In this document: positions 1 to 10,470 of the stretch, one piece after another
Layout of the letters: each line of letters opens with the position of its first letter
Position numbering within the stretch: position 1 is the stretch's first letter
Assembly (NCBI RefSeq): GCF_963921235.1
Contig: NC_086109.1
Coordinates: 19,036,001 to 19,100,000, forward strand
DNA: 64,000 nucleotides
Direction: 5' to 3'
DNA from: Mobula hypostoma
Lineage: Eukaryota
Notes under the pieces: model-generated
The model's input: only the letters and a program-made list of their open reading frames with translations
Told to the model about the DNA's origin: nothing
Databases searched by the model: none
Program-made: the position numbers and the translations under genes

Positions 1-59
1 GTATGGTCTTATAGACCTATGATATCTTATCAGCAAGTTTCGGCACAGTATCCAAACAA

Positions 60-280
60 GGAAGTGGCCAATTTAAGACTGAGGTGGGGAAGAGTTCCTT
101 TTCTCAAGGGTCTATAAGTCTTTGGAGTTCCTTGCCTGAGAAAGCTGTGGAGGTTGAATCTTTGAATATATTCAAAGGGAGTTTTTTAATCATTTAGGGA
201 TCTGAGGATTATGGGATGCTGGAAGTATGAATGGCAGAGGTAGAATCAAGAGGCCAAGTTATCTGCTCCTAGATCTTCTG
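60..280 (+). mobile_element. Degraded CR1 LINE 3' fragment
   Basis: Translates to FKTEVGKSSFSQGSISLWSSLPEKAVEVESLNIFK, homologous to the C-terminus of CR1 ORF2 at ~13190-13300. Confidence 0.7.
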
Positions 281-1152
281 ATTGACAGTGTGCATGGATG
301 GGAAAGCGGAGAGGAATATTAGCTGATTGTCATTTATTCATTCCCTGCTGCAGAAGGAAAGGGGAAGATACTTCTGAGAATTCCTGTTCGCTGAATATTT
401 TGATGTAAAGTGTATTGAGGAATGGTGGACTGCAGCAACTGTCACCCTATAACATTGGCAGGGAAAAAGAGAGTAGAAAATTTTGGAGGGAGGAACATGG
501 CAGCAAAATTTCTTCTTATTGCTTGAAACTATACAGTTCCATTGCTTAGTGTGATGCTCTGTATAATAGTTCTTATCCTTGCAATCTATTTTATAACATT
601 ATCAATTTGGAGCCAAGTCTTACCAATTTATCACCTTTTGTGGAAAGGACGATGCTGTAACTTATTGTGCCATTTTGTATCTCTTCAATAAAGGAGTTTA
701 AATATTCCAAGAACTGTCAGACTTGAAAAATCTTTCTAATTATGAAGACAGTTTTCAAGAGTTGTAATTCCTAAAGGACGCGTTGAGACTTTTTTTTTCC
801 TGTAAGTGCCTCTTGTGAAAGATTTTAATCAGAGATGAATTTTTAATTAGTGATGTTGATGTATTTATATGAAAAATGCACCCAGAATTCTGTTGGACTG
901 GAGTGTTTTATACTTCCCAAGATGTTTTTCACTCTGCTTCCCTTCTGTCTCCTGATTCATTTCCCCCTCTATCGAGATTCAGTCAGTCCTTCTTAATTGT
1001 TCAGATTACATTAATTAAAAGAGTAATGGAATGTATCGTAGTAGGCAAGCACTGGCAATTTTTATATCAGAAAGATGTTTAATCCTTATTCTACCCAATA
1101 GCTTAGAAAATGGGCCACATAGAGTTGTTCCCTTAATGTATGATACAAGACT

Positions 1153-1569
1153 TGCCACCCGGTTCAGATATGGCCCAAGTGCGGAGTGGGGGACACTGAA
1201 GCAGGTCAATAGTTCACAGACTTTAATGCAAACAGTGTTAAAGGAAAAAGAAAACAATAAATGCTAGGCCAAACAGGATCATCAACTAAAACTCTCAAAT
1301 GGAAACGAAGCCTACACTGCGGCTGAAAGAGCAGCTAAGAATATAAACGAATACCGCTAGTCTTCAGAGTCAGTTGACTCGACAGTCCAATTTCTCAGGC
1401 AAGGCGGAATGCAAGCAGGCAGTGAAGCGTTGCTGTGTCCAAGTCTCAACAAATTCCATGATGGAATGAATGGAGTTAAATATTATCATAATGAAATATT
1501 AGCTGACACGTGCATACTCACAAGTGTAATTGCCATATCTGCGGCACTGCCGAATCCGTGGTTGTGACA
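1153..1569 (-). mobile_element. Gypsy solo LTR (417 bp)
   Basis: TG...CA termini; perfect 5-bp TSD AGACT (1148-1152, 1570-1574); reverse complement resembles the LTRs at 40764 and 45311 (ggcctagcatttatt...attaaagtctgtgaact). Confidence 0.85.
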
Positions 1570-1842
1570 AGACTGATTTTACCTGGAGGAGATCACACTA
1601 GTGAATTAAACTTCAGGCCATGATGCACATTTAAAATTCTATCCCATACTTAACATCAGACATGCACCTCGTCCTGCAAAGGCTGCTTCTACCTACAATG
1701 AGTTTGCACTGGAACTCAATGAGCAATGTGGAGAATGGGACATATTAAGTTATGATCTTGTCTTTCTCATTATCTAATGGGAGACTGCTGTCATTATGGC
1801 ACTTGACATGACAACTTTGAGAGGGAATGCAGACGTCTGAGT

Positions 1843-2415
1843 TTGAGGCCTGCTTTGGTCAGAGTTCACCATGGATATTGTATCCTAGATATCTGGATGC
1901 GCAAGCCTGGGCAGTACGATATGGAAAACAAGCTGTTTCCCATGCAGCAGGCTCCCCTTCTCCACGCAACTGATGAACCCCAAGGAACGGCAGGGGCCGA
2001 TGCATTTTGGTACCAGCAACATCGCAAGAGTTGCCAGTCAGCATTGAACTAAATGTAGGATTGCCTTAGGGACTCCAACTCCAGACTTTTCCCTCTGGGT
2101 TTACTCCCGAAGCTTTCCCCATGAGTGGGTATAGCCATAAGGCAGTGGAAATTTGAGATCAGAGTTCTCCCTCTGCTAGGTGAGCTGCTAACGACAGCTG
2201 ATGAATCCCATCTGCCTGAAGTGACTGGTTTTAAGGTGCCAGTAACCTGCCTTTGCCCCTTCTTCTACTGGGCTTAGTAGCTAAGCCACAGGTGGAGGCC
2301 AAAATCTGGACTTGGTTGTCAGAGGCTATTTGAAGCACACAACATGGGGACCTTTTAATAAGTAGTGGGAGCTTATCCCATTTACCACCCGCAGCTACAA
2401 CAACCTTGAGGAATC
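1843..2415 (-). mobile_element. Non-autonomous bipartite RTE-like element, family A, copy 1
   Basis: Homologous copies at 50648-52497 (split) and 63585-64000; non-coding; its 3' half resembles the body and tail of the tRNA-SINEs at 20353/27777/48858. Confidence 0.7.
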
Positions 2416-2801
2416 GATGCAGACTTACAAACCTTCTAACGTCCACAGAGTTATATATAACTAATGGGAAGTGATTTTTTTTGTTTCCTCCTGCCATCAA
2501 TTCCTTTGTATCTTTTGAGAATACCCGCAAGAAAATGAATCTCACGATAGTATATGGTGACACATACAGTACAAACTTTGATAATAAATTTACTTTGGGC
2601 TTGGAATCAATCTGTCAAAGCACTCTTTTAATGAAAGTATTTGTGGTGACATTGCTGACAAAATTGAATAGTGGGAGCCTTCTGGATAGATTTGACAGAC
2701 AACTCCATGTGTGGGGGGATATGTTCTTGGAAAGTCAATGACCTGGATCAATTTGAGCCTTTATTTGCATGTTCAGGTTTGAAAGGCACTACTCACTGTG
2801 G

Positions 2802-3553
2802 TAGAACACAGAACAGTACAGTGTAGGGCAGGTCCTTCGGCCCACAATGTTGTGCCAACCCTCTAACCTACTTCAAAATCAATCTAACCCTTCCCTCCCA
2901 CATAGCCCTCCATTTTAATTTCACCTATGTGCATGTCTGTGTGTCATAAATATCCCTCTGCCACCACCCCTGGCAGTGCATTCCACACACCCACAACTCT
3001 CTATGTAAAATATCTCCCTCTGCTATGCTCCCTATACTTTCCTCCAATCACCACAAAATTATTCCCACTCATACCACCCATTGCCACACTAGGGAAAAGG
3101 CAAAGGCTGTCCATTCAGTCTATGCCTCTTATAATCTTATATACCTCAAGCAGTCACCTCTCATCCTCCTTCGCTCCAAAGAAAAAACCCTAGTTCACTC
3201 AACTTTCCCACATTAGACATGTTCTCTAATCCAGGTATCATCCTCTTAAATCTTCACTGCACCCTGCCTAAAGCTTGCACCTCCTTCCTGCAATGAGATA
3301 ACCAGAAATGAACACAATACTCTAAGTATGGTCTAACTAGGGGTTTGTAAAGCTGCAATATTACCTCACAGCTCTTAAAGTCAATTCCTTGACTAACGAA
3401 GGCCAACATATATAAAACCTCTTAACAATCCTACCAACTAGCGCCACAACTTTGAGAGATTTATGGACATGGACCCTCAGATTCCTCTGTTGCTCCACAC
3501 TGCAAAGAGGCCTGCCATTAACCTGCTTGACTTTCCAAAGTTGATCACTTCAC
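2802..3553 (-). mobile_element. CR1 LINE 3' fragment
   Basis: Reverse complement resembles the end of ORF2 and the 3' UTR of the CR1 at 12720-13419 (acattgtgggccgaagg...tgtactgttctgtgttct). Confidence 0.85.
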
Positions 3554-4029
3554 AAATTTCCAGATTGACCTGGATAATGGCTGTTTCGTTTGGTGGTAAA
3601 TGTGTATGGTTGAATGACAGTAAACTGGACTTGAACTCCATCTACCAAGATGCTTGATCTTCTGCAAGAGGACTTCAAGATGTGGTCTTGGGTATGATCT
3701 GTTTTCTCCATGGTGATCAAAATGATGGTGACTCTCATTTTCGCTTCCACCTAATCATCCCAGGCAACTGTGGCAGATCATTACCATGTTGTTCTTTTTT
3801 GGTGGTCACCACAGTTTTAGAGAGATCACCAACTGTTGACAACTCACAGTCAAAGGAATGATTTGTGGTGAGTGATCAGCACCAGGGATTGCCGTTGACT
3901 ACGTTCATTTGATCACAAGGGCGCAGATTAATAACCCAGAAATTCCCATCAACAGACAAAGGGTTTCTGGTTTCCAAATGTCCAGCTGATTATGAATCAT
4001 GAGAAACATTTCATGACATTGAATAGCTT

Positions 4030-4590
4030 GCTTCATGACAACTCTCTTGTGAGTGTGTGTGCGTGTGTGTGCGTGCGCACGTGTCCATCGTGGGTGATGA
4101 GGACCTCTAACATCCTTGGGTGGGTGTGTTTATTTGGATGCGGTGACATGCACATGAATTTGATTAAAGTGAGGGGGAGTTGCACAGGTTGTCAACCTCA
4201 CTCTCTCTTTCCTAGTCTATCTAGCCAGTGGAAAGACAAGAGTCAAGATGACTGGAGGTAGGTCAGGATGCAGTGCATGACTAGGGCGACCTACATATCT
4301 TGGTGTTTCCACCACGTAGTCCGCCAAATCCAGTCTTCACATGCTTTGGATAGACAGGCCTAAAATCACGGAGGGTTCAAAAAAAACCCTCATGGCTACT
4401 CTCACCTGGTTTAGCCAGCCTGTCGAAGCCATTGCCCGGAGTGTGGCCACTGTTGCATGCAAACATCTTACTTGGAGCCGCAGGTGAGAGCTGAGTGCCA
4501 GGTGAGGACCAAAGGTGAAGGAACTACCTCGGAAGCTACAACAGGTCTTCACATCTGAGGTGCTACCCCTCCCTGACACCCAATACACCC
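4030..4590 (-). mobile_element. Non-autonomous RTE-like element, family B
   Basis: Minus strand starts gggtgtattgggtgtcagggaggggtagcacctc, contains tcgacaggctggctaaaccaggtgagagtagcc (resembles RTE/BovB-type 5' UTRs), and ends in a CA-rich tail. Confidence 0.5.
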
Positions 4591-4847
4591 CTCCTCAGTC
4601 TTAGAGGGAATATACATGGACGGATATTTATAACACTGTCTGGAAGGATGGATTCTGGAGGAGAAATCTGTCTTTTTCTCCTATGACTCTTTAGACTTGT
4701 TGTAACTGCAAATACATCTGGTAAGTGTCAAGAAATATGAGCCAGCAAAGTATCAGGACAGTAATGGATGAATGAATTATGAAGAGAGTCCTTTGTTGAA
4801 TTGGTACAGAGGTGTCAAGCAGATGTGGGGATGTCTCCATGACCGAG

Positions 4848-5092
4848 TCATAGAATCATAGAGCACCACAACACTGGAACAGGATCTCCGGCCTACTAGT
4901 CTATGCCAAACTGTTATTCTGCCTAGTCCAATTGACCTGGACCTGGATGAGAATCCCTTCCATGTACTTATCTAAACTTCTCTTAAATGTTACAATTGAA
5001 CCCACGTCCACCATTTCCACTGACAGCTTGTTCTATATTGGCTCTGCCTTCTCAGTGAGGAAGCTCCCCTTAAATCCTTCACCTTCCACCCT
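4848..5092 (-). mobile_element. CR1 LINE 3' end
   Basis: (ATTCTATG)-type tail on the minus strand; translation EGFKGSFLTEKAEPI resembles the CR1 ORF2 C-terminus. Confidence 0.7.
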
Positions 5093-5624
5093 TGCTGAAA
5101 TCCGGAGGAAAACACACAGAGGGGGATCACAAAGCTGAGGAAAGAGGACCGGGTCGAGACAACAGAGTCTTTTGGAGAAGAGGAGTTCAGTGGGTAATAC
5201 CGTTCCGCCTGACCGGAAGTGTACTGAGGGCAGTAAGCGTAAAGGAGTTGGGAGCTTACTGATCTGGTTAACAACGGATGGTGCAATCCGGGGTATATTA
5301 CGATCGAGGAACGTGTTTGCAGACTGGATATTGAACTTTTTACTGTTGGACTTGGGCCACATTCCACCGTGATACAATACTTGGCGGCACGGGAGGTCGT
5401 TCCTGCCTGTGGCCATCGAACGTGCAGCTCCTCCCGTGGAGGGTCAGACACCCTGAGCCAATAGACTGGTCCTGGACTTATTTTCCATCTGGCATAGTTT
5501 GCACTTTGGTGTTTCATTGTTGGGGTTTTTTGTATTGCTATATTTACGCTCTATTCTTGATTGGTGTGGCTGTAACGAAACCAAATTTCCCTCGAGATTA
5601 ATAAAGTATATCTATCTATCTATC
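5093..5624 (+). mobile_element. Internally deleted Rex1/Babar LINE (endonuclease piece joined to 3' end)
   Basis: DRKCTEGSKRKG...VNNGWC endonuclease motif, then a 3' UTR shared with 15950-16155 and 60430-60640, AATAAA and a (TATC)n tail. Confidence 0.75.
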
Positions 5625-5995
5625 TTTACCTTTGATCTCTAGTGCCAGAGGAAGTGCAGCAGGGAGAGTTGGAGCCTGACAGCCATTTCACAGAAAGCTG
5701 AAGTAAAATAGGGGGTAGAAAGGGGCCTACCTCTACCATGTCAAAATCACCTGAAAGCTGAGGGGAGGGAGGGAGATTTTTTTCTCCAAGGTTATGAGGG
5801 AGAGATGTTTCTCTTCTGGAGCCTGCAAAATTCTAGTTTCCATCATGGACCATGCCTCCCTACAGACCTCTATCAAAGTGCACCAAAAATTGGGAGAGAT
5901 GTATAACAATGCCCCTCATTCCTGGTTTGCAGGTCCACCTGCACCAAATATAATCCCACATGTAAAATGTAAAAAAGTAAAAAATGTAAAAAAGT

Positions 5996-6325
5996 CCCAT
6001 CGTTTTTCAATCTCTCGGCATAATTCTGTCCCTCATGTCCTGGCAACATCCTCATCAATACCTTTTGCCCTCTTTCAAACTTAACAACATCATTCCTATA
6101 GCAGAGTGACCAAAACTGAATACAACATTCCAAATGATGCCTCACCAATGTCTTATACAACATACAACTGTAGCATTACATCCCACCTTCTATATTCAGA
6201 GCTCTGACTGACGAAGGCCACCATGCTGAAAACCTTCCTAATCTCCCTGACCACCTGTAATGCGATTTTTAGGGAACAATATAGTTGTACTCCTGGGTCC
6301 CTCTGTTCTACAACACTCCCCAGGG
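5996..6325 (-). mobile_element. CR1 LINE ORF2 fragment
   Basis: LYKTLVRHHLECCIQFWS matches LYKTLVRPHLEYCVQFW of the full-length CR1. Confidence 0.85.
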
Positions 6326-6344
6326 CCGACCATGGAATTTCCGA

Positions 6345-7215
6345 TCCAAGATCAGGATTCAAGTTTACTTGTCACAAGTATTTTGAAACTAATAGTGAAA
6401 TGGGTAGTCTGTGTTGACAACCAACATGGCCACGGGTGTTATGGGGGCAGCCTGGAAGTATTGCCACACATCCCAGTGCCAACACTGTATGTCCACAATG
6501 CTCCGCAGAACATCACAGAATACAACAAGCAACAAAACAACAACAGCAAAATAAGCCCCATTCCTCTCTCCCATTCACACACATGCACAGTCCTTTAACC
6601 CCAGGACGGGGCTCCAGCATCTTGCAGACTTGGACTCAGACTTGATCTTGTTGGTATTGGGCTTTGATTTCCCAGTGCACTCGCAGAGAATCGCACATTT
6701 AGCTCTAGCCAGCAGGCCTCAAATTCCTGACTTCTGATATGATCCTCGGGTCTGAATTCTCTGCATCAATTCCAGGACGTATTAATCACTGAACACTAGG
6801 CCTCAAACTCTGTTCTCATTGGTGACAGGACCCCAAACACTATTTCCTGATCTCTGGTCTCTCCAATTTGCAAACCCAGAGGGCCATCAGAACTTGTTCT
6901 TCTTGCCTGCACAGAACTCTGACTCCGGAACCCACTGACAACCTGCTGACCTGGGTGCGGGCCCTTGTCCACTTTCTGCCAGCCCAACATCCAACACGTG
7001 ACCACGGATGTCCGATGTTCACACCATTGGCCTTCGAATGCGGAGCCGAGACCTAGACTCCGCCCTACCCTCTAATTTCTTCACGTCCCTGTCCCTATAC
7101 CTTAACCTGACCCTAACGCCCCTCACTGTCTCCAAAACCATCCTAAAAGTCAATTAAATAAACAACTAATTCTGAGCTGTGACTCAATGGAGGTCACAGC
7201 TGGACGCCATCTTGA
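6345..7215 (-). mobile_element. Non-autonomous non-LTR element with caagatggcg 5' end
   Basis: Minus strand begins caagatggcgtcc and ends ...gtgacaagtaaacttgaatcctga; the same 3' tail type occurs at 39619-39765, 46185-46325 and 49825-49945. Confidence 0.5.
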
Positions 7216-7617
7216 GTGATCCCAAAAGACCAAGAGGACATTACATCTACTTGTAATAAGCTTGTTTCACTAATCGCAAAATGAGCTTTTGTGAGTTTTC
7301 TGAAAGCACAAATTGCTGTTGTTTGCTCTTGTGGCTGTTGACATCAAAAGAATCCCCTGACAATCTGTCTCTTTAATGTTATTGATGTATGTGTTACTGA
7401 GACAGCACTGTAATGCTTTCATTAACATTGAAGGTTAAGCTATGAGGTGGATTCAGCCAGTCTATGTCTTTTAGCAAGCATGCAGATGGTGTGGTTCCTT
7501 TTCCCCAGGGCTGTAAGAGCAGGACAGATGGCTTTGCATCACCAGTGACTGTCATCCCAACTCTAAAGAAGCTTGACAATATCAGAGGCCGAATGTACCA
7601 CAAGGGACAAGACATAC

Positions 7618-7746
7618 CTGTGTGAATCTCTGTACATCTTTCAGGGAAGAAATTGTCTGATTAAGATTAGTTTCATCAATAAATTTAGCCTGAGACATCA
7701 AACGTTCTATTTCTTTTTTCTCAAGGTTTGCTTCATTATTTGAGTG
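7618..7746 (-). CDS. Candidate internal exon of an unidentified host gene (HSNNEANLEKKEIERLMSQAKFIDETNLNQTISSLKDVQRFTQ)
   Basis: Unique sequence; acceptor tctctacattcAG, donor CAG|GTatgt; 129 bp, phase 0-0, open frame with helical composition. Confidence 0.65.
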
Positions 7747-7934
7747 CTGAATGTAGAGACTGAATTCCAACCCCATCCCCAGCTCACCCTCTCCCCTTCT
7801 TCTTCCAGGATTCTTCTAGTTAGTGCAGTTAAGGGGGAACTCACGACCACTGTTGGATATTGTTTGTGGTGTGTGAGGCCTAAGCCTTGAGTACGTCCAC
7901 AAATCTTTCATTCTTCACTGATAAAAAAAGAAAT

Positions 7935-8462
7935 GGTCCAATAGTGTAAAGCCTTCCCTACCATTGAGCACATCTGCAGGGAGTGTTGTCACAGGAAATC
8001 ATCATCTTTCATCAAGGATCCACCCACCCCCCACCCCCACCATCCAGATCTCTTCCCAGTGCTGCCAAGTGGAAGGAGATACTGGAACCTTAGATCTCAC
8101 ACTACCAAGTTTAGGAATAGTTATTATCCTTCAACCATCAGGCTCCTGAACCAGTGTGGATAACTTCAATTACAACAACACTGAACTGATTCCACAACCT
8201 ATGGACTCACTTTCGAAGACTTGACAGCTCATGTTCTCAATATCATTTATTATTTATTTGTTATTATTATTTTATTTTTCTTTTTATATTTGCACTATTT
8301 GTTGTCTTCTGCACATTGTTTGCTTACTTGTCATTGTTTGTGTAGTTTTTCATTGATGCCATTGTGTTTCTTTGCACCTACTGTAAATGCCTACAAGAAA
8401 ATGAATCTCAGGCTAGTATATGGTGACATAAATGTACTTTGATCATAAATTTACTTTGAACT
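7935..8462 (+). mobile_element. Rex1/Babar LINE 3' fragment
   Basis: IIKD-HP and RFRNS-YP-TIRLLN-like C-terminal remnants; T-rich 3' UTR ending ataaatttactttgaacttt, shared with 2480-2600 and 31875-32385 (minus). Confidence 0.7.
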
Positions 8463-8732
8463 TTGTTGTTGTCTTGAGATAATAGGTGGCCTGTTATGCA
8501 GGTCACTGCATAATGAGAGGAGACTAGAATTTTAAATGAAAGGGATGTAGGTTTCCTGACAATACCACAGCTAATTATCTATTCTCAAATGTCCCCAGGG
8601 ATGATGGCAAAATGTTGTCTTTAAACATTTCGTCACCATGTCCAGAATCTGGCCACCTATGCTTCAAGAATCTGACATACAGTAACAAAGGAAAGGTGTT
8701 TTATATTTCAGAGATGGAGAGAGTAGATGCAA

Positions 8733-9304
8733 AGGCCACTTTATGAGATACACCTGTACACTTGCTCATTAATGTTAATATCTAAATCAGCCAATCATGT
8801 GGCAGCAATTCAATGCATAAAAGCATGCGGGCATGGTCACGAGGTTCAGTTGTTCAGACCAAACATCAGAATGGGGTAGAAATATAAACTAAGTGAACCT
8901 GACCGTGGAATGATTGCTGGTGCCAGAGACAATGGTTTGAGTCTGTCAGAGACTGCTGACCTCCTGGAATTTTCATGCACAACATTCTCTAGAGTTTACA
9001 GAGCCTGATGGAAGAAACAGATTTAATCCAATGAGCGGCAGTTCTATGGGAGAAGATGGCTTGTTAGTGAGAGAGGTCAGAGGAGAATGGCCAGACTGGG
9101 ATCAAGCTGACAGCAAGGTGAAAGTAACTCAAATAGCCACATGTTACATCTGAATTCCTCCAGTTCTTTGTGTATATTACAACAGCGGTGTGCAGAAGAG
9201 CATATCTGAATGCATAACACCTCGAACCTTGAAGTAGATAGGCTACAGCAGCAGAACATCACACCAGGTTCCACTCCTGTATCGAATGAAGTGGCCACTG
9301 AGTG
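8733..9304 (+). mobile_element. Tc1/mariner non-autonomous element, copy 1
   Basis: TIR remnants ggccactttatgagatac / gtatcgaatgaagtggccactgagtg; transposase N-terminal remnant LSEPDRGMIAGAR...ETADLLEFSCTTFSRVY. Confidence 0.8.
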
Positions 9305-9512
9305 AATTTGCAGATCATGGAAAACATGTGCAAGCTTTCACTTGTCTGTTTCTCACAGGTGAAATCCAAACCAAAATGCTGAACATTATCTTGTGGAAAG
9401 CGACGAGTGAGTGAGTGGGCCAGTGAAGGAGTGGAGCTTTGAGGCTTTCACTCGAGAGACTTCGACGAGAAGAGGTGGAGGACAAGCTTGGTCGCAGTTA
9501 GCTCCTGAGACG

Positions 9513-10430
9513 GTGATGTGCCTCTCATGTGAGATGTGGCAGTCTTGGGGGAACGCTCCTCTCCCGCAGAGTCACATCTGCCAGAAGTGCATACCGCTGG
9601 GCGATCTGGAAGACCATGTAAGGAATCTGGAGCAGCAGCTGGATGACCTTCGACTCATAAGGAAGAATGAGGCAGTCATAGATGAGAGCTACAGGGAGGC
9701 AGTGACACCTAGGCTGTCGGAAGCAGGTCGTTGGGTGACAGTCAGAGGGGGGAAAGCGAAGGGGAGAAGATAGGTAGTGCAGGGCACCCCTATAGCCATT
9801 CCCCTGAATAATTTTACCATCCTGGATACCGTTGGTGGGGACGACTGACCAGCTGTGAGCCATGGTGGCAGGGCCTCCGGCACTGAGTCTGACCCTGTGG
9901 TGCAGAAGGGTGGGACGGAGAAGAGGAGAGCTGTCATCATTGGAGACTCTATAGTCAGGGGAGCAGACAGGAGGTTTTGTGGACATGAGAAGGATACCCG
10001 TATGGTTTGTTGCCTCCTGGGTGCCAGGGTCCGGGATGTCTCTGACCGGGTGCACGACATCCTGGTACGAGAGGGAAAGCAACCAGAAGTCATGATACAT
10101 GTTGGGACCAACGACATAGGCAGAAAGGGGGATGAGGTCCTGAAGTGTGAGTTTCAGGAACTAGGCAGAAGGCTGAAGAACAGGACCTCAAGGGTGGAGT
10201 TCTCAGGATTGCTGCCAGTGCTATGTGACAGAGATGGTAAGAATTGGAGGAGATGGCAGTTGAATGCGTGGCTGAGGAGTTGGTGCAGGGAGCAGGGTTT
10301 TAGATTTTTGGATCATTGGGATCTCTTCTGGGGAAGGTGGGACCTGTACAGATTGGATGGGTTGCACCTGAACTCGAGGGGGAGAATATCCTTACAGGTA
10401 GGTTCGCTGGCATGGATCGGGAGGGTTTAA
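9513..10430 (+). pseudogene. CR1 ORF1: CxxC-CxxC zinc finger, leucine zipper and SGNH/GDSL esterase (disrupted)
   Basis: CLSC...CQKC, LEDHVRNLEQQLDDL, IIGDSIVRG, IHVGTNDIG, DGLHLN; in-frame stops at 9771 and 9846. Confidence 0.9.
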
Positions 10431-10470
10431 ACTAATTTGCAAGGGGGATGGGACCCAGACCGATAGAGCA

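Noticed and set aside
1645..1780. Possible short exon on either strand
   Set aside because: Splice signals are weak and both strands are equally plausible
2196..2230. CTGATGA...GAAG hammerhead-like motif in RTE family A (also near 50986 and 63800)
   Set aside because: GAAG instead of GAAA in all three copies, no convincing stems, and antisense to the element
9525..10117. Long minus-strand ORFs (191 and 142 aa)
   Set aside because: Antisense shadows of CR1 ORF1
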